Source: Camelus ferus (taxonomy: Eukaryota). From it: DNA of 64,000 nt. Both the position numbers and the translations under genes were made by a program. Within the stretch, counting starts at the first letter, position 1; each line of letters opens with the position of its first letter. Shown here piece after piece: positions 25,960 through 37,093 of the stretch. Below the pieces are notes generated by a model. That model worked only from the letters and a program-made list of their open reading frames with translations. It did no database searches and was not told the origin of the DNA. Location: assembly GCF_009834535.1 (NCBI RefSeq), contig NC_045709.1, positions 35,154,001 through 35,218,000 on the forward strand. Reading direction: 5' to 3'.

Positions 25960-26548
25960 TTCTGTGCAAGCAAGATCATTTATTGCACGCATCAACAGCG
26001 GAGTGTGTTAAGTCTACTTCTCGAATCCACTTGTTAGTGTGGTTTGTAAAACCCCTCACATTAGAGACTAGGTTAAGGCATTAACTTACTACAGGATCAC
26101 ACGCAAGACACTCCAGTCAGCGTCACCTACGACCTTGCGCAGCCGTAGCAGCGTTCCTTCCTTTCGAAAGGTGTTCGCCAGGTGGATGTAGCATGGATCA
26201 TGAGCTAATTCACTAATTCAAGGATGGAAACACGAGCACAGCTTTGTGTGGCTGAAGATTGCTGCTTAATGAAATCATCTTACTTGGGAACTAACAACTG
26301 GCGATATAGCCAAGGACCTATTACCTGACCTAAATTCAAACCTTGTAAGAGAAATGAATTGATTTGAATACCAAATTTGCCTATGATTTTAAAGGTTTTT
26401 ACTTACCTGAATGATACTGGTACCCTTCTCCTGACGTGTACGATTCTGAACGGACAAGACTGGCGTGGGAGCTGCTTAGCAACAACTTTGCGAGTGCTTA
26501 ACGTTTAGGTTGAATCCTCTCACTGGGACCCTCCAGGGATTCTCTGAT
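25960..26548 (-). other. Candidate composite exon with an internal 5' splice site at 26407 and a poly(A) signal
   Basis: Pyrimidine tract ccttatccctcccttccttccccgatttgccattcctacttcataag; donor CAG|GTAAGT at 26407; AATAAA at 25979-25984 followed by GU-rich tgggtatgtgggtgt. Confidence 0.35.
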
Positions 26549-28049
26549 CTTATGAAGTAGGAATGGCAAATCGGGGAAGGAAGGGAGGGATAAGGAAAAA
26601 AGTTTTAAAAGAAGACTGCTTCTATGCTAATAGAGTCTTTTAAGCAAAAATTTTGAGACAAGCTCCTTCCCCAGTAGTGGTGAATGAATAAATAACAATC
26701 TCTTTCCTCCCTAAGTCTCTCCTGCTTGGGGAAATCTGACGTCAGTTAGGAGTCTGTGAAGCTCTGCATTTCAGACAAAGAGAAACCTGGCCAGTCAGCA
26801 GTGTGTTTTCTAAGCTGTGTGTGTCTATGTTTCCCCCCACCACCCTGAGAAATTGCCAAGAAATTTGCCTGTCTATCTTGAGGATATCTTGTGCCCTCAT
26901 TTATCTTTTGTCAAATCTGTTAAATTTTTCCCTATAGAGATCACACTGACAAAAAATGACCACGCCTAATACAGATGCCATCTAAATAAAGTGTGATGAG
27001 GCAAAAAACAAACAAACAAACAAAAAACCCAAAGAAGCAAACGCATGAGCATTAGTGGAAACAGTGTTCACGCTGAAGGGAAACCTCCTCGGGTCCACAC
27101 CTCCTTGGAAGTGACCAGGCTTAGGAGGCACATCTCACAAACTTCGTCCTTTTTATCCCTAGCCATGTAAAACTGTAGGTCTTGCCAGTTTTTAAACAAA
27201 GAGACTGATTATAAGGAGCTAAAACCTGCCACTAGCCCACATCACTCTCACGTGTCCTTTTGTAGTACTGAGAAGACCGGTTCTGTCAGGAGACAAACCT
27301 ACGTTCACATCCCTGCTCTGCTGGTCCCTCTACGGTCTGACCTTGAACTCCTTCCTGGAAGTCAGAAACAGCCTTCACAAAGCTTAGTTGGTGTGGTCTC
27401 GGAATTTCAATTTCCCTGCACACAAAACAGTATTCACTGCCTCACAGGAGCTAAATAAGCAACCACCTTTACAATTTTACTCAATGTTAATTGACAAATA
27501 CTTACCGAATGCCTATGGGTCAGACACTATTATGGGGGAAAAAATCAGACCGGGCCCTGGTTCTTGCATACTTTACACTCAAGTGTGGCCTGGGCCTTTC
27601 CCAAATGGAAAGTATTTATGTCTGGTACCCTCTCTTAGTCCAGCCGGGGTCTTCTTTCTGCCCTCATGGCTCCATTCTCAGCCCACTCCTTGTAATCCTC
27701 ACTCATTATACCTGAAATGTGAGCTGACTAGAGCTCAGATCCAGGAGTAGCCTCTGTGGCATCTCAGCAGCAGACATCATTAACCTAGCCCAGCACCTCT
27801 GATCCCGAACTCAAACTCCAAGTCCTTCTGAACAAGATGCTCCAAGCAGCCACTACCAACTCATTACATAGTTGCCCAAACTACAGGCTATTAAGTGAAG
27901 TTCTTCACATGCATTTGTAGTTGAAGACTGAACTATAAAGACTCCTTAAGCTCCCAAACACAAAGGAAGGTCAAGAAAGGAATTAAGAGGAAAAATGAAG
28001 AGCTTGCAGGTCATGGGTTGACCCCCAAGGTAAAATTTCCTGTAAATCA

Positions 28050-29026
28050 GTGAAGTTAGAATACTCCCTCACACCATACACAAAAATAAACTCAAAATGG
28101 ATTAAAGACTTAAATGTAAGACAAGACCCAATAAACCTCCTAGAAGAAAACACAGGCAAAACATTATCTCACATACATCTTAGCAATGTTCTCCTAGGCC
28201 AGTCTACCCAAGCAATAGAAATAGAAGCAAAAACAAACAAATGGGACCTAATTAAACTTACAAGCTTTTGCACAGCAAAGGAAACCATAAGTAAAACAAA
28301 ACGACAACGTATGGAATGGGAGAAAATATTTGCAAAAGATGAAACCGACAAGGGCTTGATTTCCAGAATATATAAACAGCTCATATGATTTAATAAGTAA
28401 AAAACAAACAACCCAATCCGAAATAAGCAGAAGACCTAAACAAGCAATTCTCCAATGAAGACGTATGAATGACCAATAGGCACATGAAAACATCCTCAGT
28501 ACCACTAATTATCAAAGAAATGCAAATTAAAACTACAATGAGGTATCATCTCACACCAGTCACAATGGCCATCATTCAAAAATCCACAAATGATAAATGC
28601 TGGAGAGGCTGTGCAGAAAAGGGAACCCACCTACACTGCTGGTGGGAATGCAGTTTGGTGCAGCCATTGTGGAAAACAGTATGGAGATTCCTCAAAAGAC
28701 TAAAAATAGACTTACCATATGACCCAGCAATCCCATTCCTGCTCATATACCCAGAAGGAACCCCAAATCAAGAANNNNNNNNNNNNNNNNNNNNNNNNNN
28801 NNNNNNNNNNNNNNNNNNNNNNNNNNNNNNNNNNNNNNNNNNNNNNNNNNNNNNNNNNNNNNNNNNNNNNNNNNNNNNNNNNNNNNNNNNNNNNNNNNNN
28901 NNNNNNNNNNNNNNNNNNNNNNNNNTTGCAGCAACATGGATGTCCCTGGAGAATGTCATTCTAAGTGAAGTAAGCCAGAAAGAGAAAGAAAAATACCATA
29001 TGATATCACTTATATGTGGAATTTAA
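28050..29026 (+). pseudogene. Disrupted L1 ORF2 (C-terminal region with the CCHC knuckle)
   Basis: ORF track 28050..28388 and 28469..29026 match L1 ORF2 motifs; there is a stop/frameshift between them. Confidence 0.9.
28775..28925. other. Assembly gap (N run)
   Basis: Run of N inside the L1. Confidence 0.99.
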
Positions 29027-31104
29027 AAGAAAAAAAAGACAAATGAACTTTTATATAAAACAGAAATAGATTCACAGACATAGAATACAGAATTGTGGTT
29101 GCCAGGAGGTGGGGGGATGGTGGGAAGGGATAAATTGGGAATTTGAGATTTGCAGATTTACTGACAGGTATGTATAAAATAAACAAGTTTATACTGTATT
29201 GTACAGGGAAATATAGTCAATATCAGTAGTAGCTCATAGTGGAAAAGAATATGAAAATGAATACATGTATATTCACGTATGACTGAAGAACTGTGCTGTA
29301 TACCAGAAATTGACACACTGTAAACTGACTATAACTCAATAAAAAATAATTTTCTCTTTAATTAAAATTATTTCCTGTAATAACTGTTGGGTTTTTTTTA
29401 GAGTGCATAAAAAGGGCTATTCTGTTGTGTTTTAAAAACAATATGTATTCGTTAGCATGAGATGAGATACACTCATCAACGCAAGATGGGTCTATGATGT
29501 TCTCGTCTTTGGCTGGTAAGATGGACTCTGCAAACTGTTAACATTTAGCAAATGACACCAAATGGTTCCTTCACCGCTGTCACCTATAGCTGAAAAATTT
29601 TGGTCTCTTGTGTAATTGTTTGTAGAATGTTTCATTTCTTCCAAACTCTAGGTTTCCTGAGGACAGATTCCAGGTCTCTTTCGTTGAGCACTGTTTCCCC
29701 AACTATCAGCACAGTGTCTAAACCAGGGCAGACTCTCAAATATTTCTGAATGAAAGAAACAGCTCCATTTCCTTGAATAATTTAAGTAGGCCGTTTTCAA
29801 CTTTTCTGTCATTGTGACTTGGAAAATTACTGTGGCACCAGCAAAACTGATAGTCATATTCACAAAAAGAGCCTGAACAACTTTGATGTGTCTTTTCTTA
29901 CTTCATGATCTCTGATTCAGAGGACAACTGTGTGACTCACAGTTACTCCCACAAGAGGGCAGCTTCCTAGATTCATAAACTGGATTGACCTTCTGATCTT
30001 AGGCCACTGTGTTCTGCACACTGTCTCTATATAGTGCCTCAAATGAATGGCCCAAAAAATTAAAAAACACATTCAGTTTCAGTTTTTGAGCTGTTCCAAT
30101 TCTCAGACTAAGAAAACCGTTCTCATCAAATAAGAAATTCAGCTGTGTAACTGATCTAGAGAGCGACAATATTCACAGGTGGGCTATATGACTGATACAG
30201 ATCGTGCCCGTAACTACAGTCCGTCATCATTCCCTAGCGGGTTTTTTTTAGGCCAGCATGAAGCTGGTATCTGTGAACTCATCAGTTCCACATGCACACA
30301 GCTGTTAACGCAAAGGAACTCTCGAGATCCCACGTAGCGCCCAGCCTCTAGGAGGGGAGTGCAGTCATCATGTTGAACATTAACAAAATGGGCTCTTCCA
30401 AGAAAAATACACTGAGGCATTGCAAATCACATAAAGTTTAAAAACCAAGACACAACAAAGCCCATGTACACACATGCTTAAAACCAGATGTGCAACCTAG
30501 TACTGTCCGCATGGAGAATTCAGGGCAGCCTACAGGAGTTCCTGAAAAATATGCACCAAACACAATTTGTCAGATTTACCAGTTATGTGTAACTGAAGAT
30601 ACACAAACAGCTCAATCTCCATAGAGACTTGTGATGAAGCCTGACCCAGTAGGAAAGGGTTATTATGGCTTATTACATGTTTCCTGAGTGGTCAAATGTG
30701 AAACATGCCTTTGGAAAAAAAAAAACAACCCTGAGTTTACCTGGCAATGTTGATTATGTAGCTCCCCATCTATAAAATTACCTGTTCTCAAAGGCTTTAA
30801 CTTAGAAACAGTACAGCTGGGTCCATGGTAAGTCTTAACTAAGTAATAGTTTACTTTTATTCCTACTTGAAAGCAGATTCTTTATCAACCCTCCTACTCG
30901 CTCAGGCAATATGATTCAGATATCAACTTAGTTAAATAAAAACTTAGTTACAAAAAATCTTTTCCCCCCACCCCTCCTTTAACACACAGTAACAAGGGGA
31001 AGAATCAAGCAGTCACTGGAAACTTAAATATCAGGTTGGCCCATAAGAAGGATAAGGTTCCTGCTCTGGATCACCTCATTGTCCAAAGAATTTCATATTA
31101 AAAT

Positions 31105-31470
31105 TGAGTTTCTTAGTACTGTGGTTACACAAATATCCTTAATTTTTGGAGATGCACTCTAGGCATTTAAAAGTGAAAGCTTTGTGAAAATTCATCGAGC
31201 TGGATGCTTCTCATTACATATGGACATGTGTTATCTACTTATAATAAAACTTTATTTAAAAAAAGAAGAGAGAAAGATCCTGATGTCTGTAATTTACTTT
31301 TAAAAGGCTCAACAGATAAAATAGATCAACAGGTTGGACGGTTGAATGGAAGGACGGATGGGTGGGTAGGTGGGTGAATTAAGTAAATATGGCAAATGTT
31401 AATTGTTGAATACAAGGAATGAGCACATAGGTGTCTACTTTCGTGTGTTTTAAATTCTTAAAGAAAAAAT
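31105..31470 (+). mobile_element. Old L1ME-like 3' fragments
   Basis: ttttggagatgcactctaggcatttaaaagtgaa...gatgtctgtaatttacttt...aaatatggcaaatgttaattgttgaat. Confidence 0.6.
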
Positions 31471-32527
31471 TTAATTGGCTTTCTTTAATTGGCTTTCTAT
31501 GTATATGTCCATATACATAGTTTTAGTGATTTATAGGAACTAACAGGGTCTCTGGCAAGAGGAAGGGTAAGCCTGATGAGACATCAGGGGATGTGAATGC
31601 CCCCAAATGACGATGGAATTTTCTAAGCTCCAGGGGGCTTAAGTCAATGTCCACCTCCAAGTCCAAGGACATAACTGGGATGATCTGTTTCAGTTACACA
31701 AAAGTTGGAAACAGGAGGAAAAAAGGGTAAGAGGGAGAAAGGAGAGAGTAACTTGAGGAACCATGACAACCATGAGGAGAGGTGTGCATGGCCCACATCA
31801 AGACAACAACAACAGAGTCTTTAGGAAAGGACAGAGCAAACCTCAGGGATTTATAGAAGTTTTATAAAAGCAGAATTCTTTCTGGGGAGTATGCCCATAT
31901 CTACACCTTTGGGTCTTGATCTGAGCCGCAGTCCTGACCCCTGTACATTTCAGAGCCTGACAAATCTCTTCTGAACCTCATTTGCCCAAAGTAGAGATCA
32001 ACAAATGCTCCATGTACCTTGGAGGGCGGCGGTGTAGGAGGCCACTTTAACAGCACAGGCTTGAAACCCTGTCACTGAAATCATCTTTGGGCGCGCCCTG
32101 CTTAACATCTGAATTTAATGGAGAGGGCTTTCCAATTCAAGCTCATTTTCCTCTTGCGCTCAAATAATCTATTAGGATTTTATGGTTTACATTTGTGATA
32201 CCCATGTAACCACTTACATCCCCTTTCACGGATAATTAAAGAGAGAAAGCGTAAAAAAAGAAGCCCATTATATTCGCCTGCAAAGGTCATCATAAGAACT
32301 TCAAGTGAAGACGATTCATTTCTATGGGGTTGACTGATTCAAAGTAAGGGGTGACAATCTTGGGTCATAGGAGTGGGTTCTATCACTGTTTTAATATTAA
32401 AACATAGGGCCAATAAATCAGCAATATTTATTAAATACTACAGATGTACAATAAGGTTATATACAGAGTATCTTAAATCAGTTGTAGGAAGGGATAAACA
32501 GACCCTGTAGTCAATTAGACTTGCTTT

Positions 32528-32772
32528 GGGGTAGGCAAACTTTTTCAGTGAGGAGCCATACAGAGTACCTATTTTAGGGTTTTTGGCCCAGATGTCTCAT
32601 CACAAGCACTGAACTTGCCACGGCAGCAGGAAAACCACCACAGACAACAGGTAAATGAACAGCAGGGCTGTGTTCCTACCGAACTTTCAATATGGACACT
32701 GAAAGGTGAATTTCACATTTTCACGTGTCATCAAATACTCCTCTTTACTTTTCACCCATTTAAAACTGTAAA
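32528..32772. mobile_element. MER58B-like hAT MITE (truncated)
   Basis: ggggtaggcaaactttttc...gggctgtgttcctaccgaactt...atggacactgaaaggtgaatttcacattttcacgtgtcatcaaata. Confidence 0.8.
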
Positions 32773-32774
32773 AG

Positions 32775-32945
32775 GGCACAGAATTACAGGTTTGCAAGAT
32801 GAAAAAGTTCTGCAGGTTGGTTGCCCCATGATGCAAATACACTTAACTATGTTTAAGTGTAGAGTTCAGTCGTGTTAACATGGTTGATTTCATGGTATGT
32901 GCATTTTACAATTTAAAATTTTTTTGATCGAAAAAAAAAAAAAAA
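32775..32945 (+). mobile_element. L1M 3' end with A tail
   Basis: cagaattacaggtttgcaagatgaaaaagttctg...aaatacacttaact...ttcatggtatgtgcattttacaatt followed by an A run. Confidence 0.75.
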
Positions 32946-33877
32946 GCAGAAGAATTTCTACCCAGTGGGCAGGATCTAGGCTATGAGCTGCTGTCTGCTG
33001 ACCCCTCCCGGAATCTTGCTTCTCCATTTCATTCTGAAATAGGATGTGAGATGTCCGGCAGGTTGACCGAAAGTGACAAGAAAACAGCAGTCAGAAGTGA
33101 CGAGATACCGGCTTCCACCACAGGCCACGGTGAACCAGAGTCCAGAGTCCTTTGTGTGAGGGCACAGACATTACTTGGATTCCTGTCATAGTTCTACTGA
33201 CCTTGCCTGAGGGCCTGTGAACTGAGAGGCACAGCCCTTTAGCCCATGCGAGCCTAATGTAGTGGAATCCTTTCCCACAGTGAAAAAACTGGATTTGAGG
33301 AAGGATCTACACGGCCCCCGCCCCGCCACTCTCCCGCTCAGCCGCCATCCCCTGGGCCCTTTATGATGCCCGGCTGGAGTCCTAGCATGGGAAGGGGCTG
33401 GCCCAACAGAGGCCTTGGAGCAAAGCCAATACAGGTCTGAGCTAAAAGTCTGGGGCGAGGCAGCCAGGCTCTGGAAGGCATTTACATCATCACTGAGGGG
33501 AAAAGTGGCTGTATTTACAAATCCCACACTTCCATGTCCACACCAACAGCCAGATGGAGGCAGAGAGGCCAAGTTCTCTCAAAGCAGCAACTGTGATATA
33601 GCGAGCCAAGCCCCAAGGACAACTTGGGTTCGAGCATGAGGGATTCTTAAAGAAAAACATAGAGGCCCTTGTTCGGGAATGAGCCTGTGGCTAAAATGTG
33701 CTGTTTATGTGAAGATATTTTTTCTGACTATAATATTAATTTGTTGAATGCCTCGTAAAAAAATAACCCCTTTCTCTGTGCCTCTCCTCCATCTTTTTAT
33801 AGTTTTCAATGATGGACTTTTTTTATTAATTTTTTTAAAAAATTCATTTTTTTAAAACATTTGCTGAGCCCTGCTCT

Positions 33878-34010
33878 ATTTTATTTTTATTTTTTTGGAG
33901 GGGGAGGTAACTAGGTTTGTTTATTTAATTATTTTTTAATGGCGGTACTAGGGATTGAATCTAGGACCGCTAAGCATGTGCTCTTCCACTTGAGCTATAT
34001 ACCCTCCCCC
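33878..34010 (-). mobile_element. Vic-1-like SINE
   Basis: Antisense gtactagggattgaatctaggacc...ccacttgagctatataccctcccc; TSD tcaatgatgg at 33806 and 34011. Confidence 0.92.
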
Positions 34011-36429
34011 TCAATGATGGGTTTTATTAATAATTAAAGAGTATCTTGGGGTCGCTTTCACTCTTTAATCTACATGTAATATCTGGACATTCTGGAAACT
34101 GGCTTGAAATCTGTGACTTCAGAAAACTTTCCAAAAGGTGGTTGTTCCAAAGAGTGACTCACAGCTAACCTAGACCCTGGCTTCTCCACCAGGCAAGTGA
34201 ATGAGTAAGCCCTGTGTTAATGTTCAAACTGCAGTAATAAGAGCTGATGTTAATTTGGTGTGGGCGGCAGGCTGGGCCCTGGTGCACCTTCTACATGGTT
34301 TCCTTCAAAGGACAAAGTTGGGGTTGTTAATCTCATTGTATAGAGAAGGACACTGGAGCCCAGAGAGCAAACCTGCCCCAGACGGGGTGAACTGGGACCT
34401 GAGCCCAGATCTTTAACATCAAAATTAACACTCCTGCCCCACCCCCACCCCCACCCCATCTTGCCGCCTTCCAGATGGACTAAACAGAAAAAGGATCAAA
34501 TAACATGACCATCATTGCTCGAGTGAGCTGGAAAACCGTCTCAGATAAAACACTAGCCCGTCAGTCACTTATTCTCACCACGTCTCTCTCCTGATTTATG
34601 GCATCTATTAATTTCATGCCCCTGGGCACCAATTTTGCCCTCATTAGTCAGTCACACTAGGAAAAAAAAAATGGAAAAAAGCACTTAGAAGTCATTTGGT
34701 AGTTTTTAGCTTATTCTTCCTGTCACATAGAATGATCAACATCACTCTTGGGAATCAAAGGATTATTCTGGCAGGGCAGAGAACTTTACAATGTGCCACA
34801 GAGAAAATCGACTCATCTGTACCATTAGCTCTGCTTTTCACACGGAGCTAACGTTTCTGTCTGCCTCTGCCGTCGGACTGAGTCTGAGCTGGCATCCTCG
34901 CCCTCACAGGACCCAAGGCCTCCAGCAGCACTGGAGCCCCAGGTTCATGTGTTCTTGAAAATATGGTTGAAATGAACACCTTTGGAATGCAGCACTAAGA
35001 ACTGGAAGGAGCCTGGAGAGGCACAGCTAAAATCACCTCGTTATATGCCTGAGAGCTGGGTGTGAATTCACTGGACTTTCATAAATTCACGAGCAGGTGT
35101 GAGTGTGCTATGCTGTGAGGGACACTGCCAACACAAAAAGATCATGTTCATTGTCCAGTGTAACACCTGGACATGCCCAGGGATTCAAAACACCACATTC
35201 AGAGATGCTCAGTGATACCACCTTTCACATGCTTAACATTGTATACTTTTCCAAGTGCCTTGAATATAGTTCACTTCCACGAACACTTTCTGAGCACCTG
35301 ATATGTGCCAGGGCCTGCATTTGGCACCTAGTAGGATTGTAACATTAACTAAGCATCCTTCCATTAATGCACTACAGTCTGGCAGGTATAGTGCTATGGA
35401 AGAAGTAGTAACAATACTGTTTTGCAGGTTCCATAACAAAGCACATCTCAGACACAGAGGGGACACAGACTTCCCACATGAGATCCTGGGTGAGCAAGCT
35501 TTGGAAGGGGAGCTGTTTTCAAGACAGCAGCAGGGAAGTAGGGGAGAGCATGAAAGAAAGGCGTCCTGGAAGGAGAGAACGGCACGTGCAAAGGCCCCGG
35601 CCTTGCACATGCGGTAAGGTATCTGGGGAACCAGAGATGGACCTTTTTCATGGGAAGGGAAAACGTGAGAAGAAGATGGAAGCTCTTCCGCCAAGCTGTG
35701 TAAGTGCCAAGGGCATTTCCCCAGGTGCTCCTTAAACCACTTGTGGGACTTGAAGCAGGAATCATCAGTTTCATTTCGTAGATGAGGAAAGCAGGACAGG
35801 GGCAAGCAGACGTAAGGCTCTGTGGGTGTCAGGCACCCACCCTGGGCCCTGCTGATCCTCCCATCTAGGGCCTTGGGCTCAGGGAATGGTGATTTATTGA
35901 CGAATGATGGGAGGTGATGTCCCCAAGGTCACTGGTGAATCAGTCTAAATCAAAGTTAGAATCAAGTATGCATCAATGCTTATAACACAAGTCAGTATCT
36001 TTCCAAAACAGGTAGGAATAACTAATAAAAAGTTGGGGAAAAAACTTGACAAGAAATGGAAAACCAACAGAAGAATGTCACAGTATAAAAGGCTTAGATT
36101 CATAATTAAACATGAGATCAGTTCTAAGATGATACATATCATGTTAGGCTCGGAGAGTATTCTGCTCTCCAGCATGCCATGATTTTTCAACTCCAGACTG
36201 TTGGACATCTATGAGGCTAGATTTCTGCACTTACACAAAGCTTTTCCTTCAAAGAAATTCCTTCAAGGAGGACTGGCCAAAGAAGTATGTATTCAAGTTA
36301 TGTACTTTATATGAGATCATGAGAGATCTTTATTTTCTTCTATATGTTGTTCAATAGCTTATGAGTTCCGAATAATGGGCATAGATTTTTTTTTTTTATT
36401 TGGGGGCAACAGTTTTTAAAATAGGGTCA

Positions 36430-36895
36430 AGCACAAAGAATAATGAAAGAGAAACTATATATCCACCACCAAGGAATGACAAATAATATTTTTAAAGAAT
36501 AGAAAAACAATATTACAGATTAAATTATTCCCCTTCTATCTTCCTACCTGAAGAATCAATCACTAACCTGTATTTCATGTATCTTTCCAATCTATTTAAA
36601 ACACACATCCACAGATCTACAGAAATGTAGGGAACTGTAGGTAGAACTTTTTAAAATAAATTAAACCAGACCCTTGTGCCACTCAACAATGTTCTTGAGA
36701 TCAATCTATGTTGATTTCTCTAACTGGAGTTTATTCCTTTAACTCAGTGTTGGTTTAAATATACCATCTTCTGATGTGGCCTACTAATGGATATTTAAGT
36801 CATTTCTAATTTTTCTTTAGAAAGCCAATTCAGTCATAAGTATCCTTGTGTTTGTCATCTTGGGAGATGGCCAGAGATTCTCTCTGGATATTAAC
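36430..36895 (-). mobile_element. Old L1ME-like fragment
   Basis: caacaatgttcttgagatcaatctatgttgat...ttattcctttaac...aatggatatttaagtcatttctaattttt. Confidence 0.55.
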
Positions 36896-36982
36896 ATTGT
36901 AAATAAAAACAATGTTTAAGATGAACTATAATTAGGAAAGTACCAGCAAAAGTGGCTGAGATGCTTAGTAAGAAGACTTGGT

Positions 36983-37093
36983 GAGGGGGAGGGTATAGCT
37001 CAGAGGTAGAGCTCATGCTTAGCATGTACAAGGTCCTAGGTTCAATCCTCAGTACCTCCACTAAAGAAAAAAAAAAGAATAATTAATTAAAAA
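36983..37093 (+). mobile_element. Vic-1-like SINE, short form
   Basis: gggggagggtatagctcagaggtagagctcatgcttagcatgtacaaggtcctaggttcaatcc; TSD aagaaga(c/t)ttggt. Confidence 0.93.

Larger units (their letters stand above)
28046..29362 (+). mobile_element. 5'-truncated LINE-1: ORF2 C-terminus plus 3'UTR and A tail (contains an N gap)
   Basis: ORFs translate as L1 ORF2 ([18 protein letters not shown]...; [18 protein letters not shown] zinc knuckle; YHMISLICGI* end); broken into two frames; degenerate TSD taaaat(ta)ttcctgtaa at 28031-28045 and 29363-29380. Confidence 0.97.
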
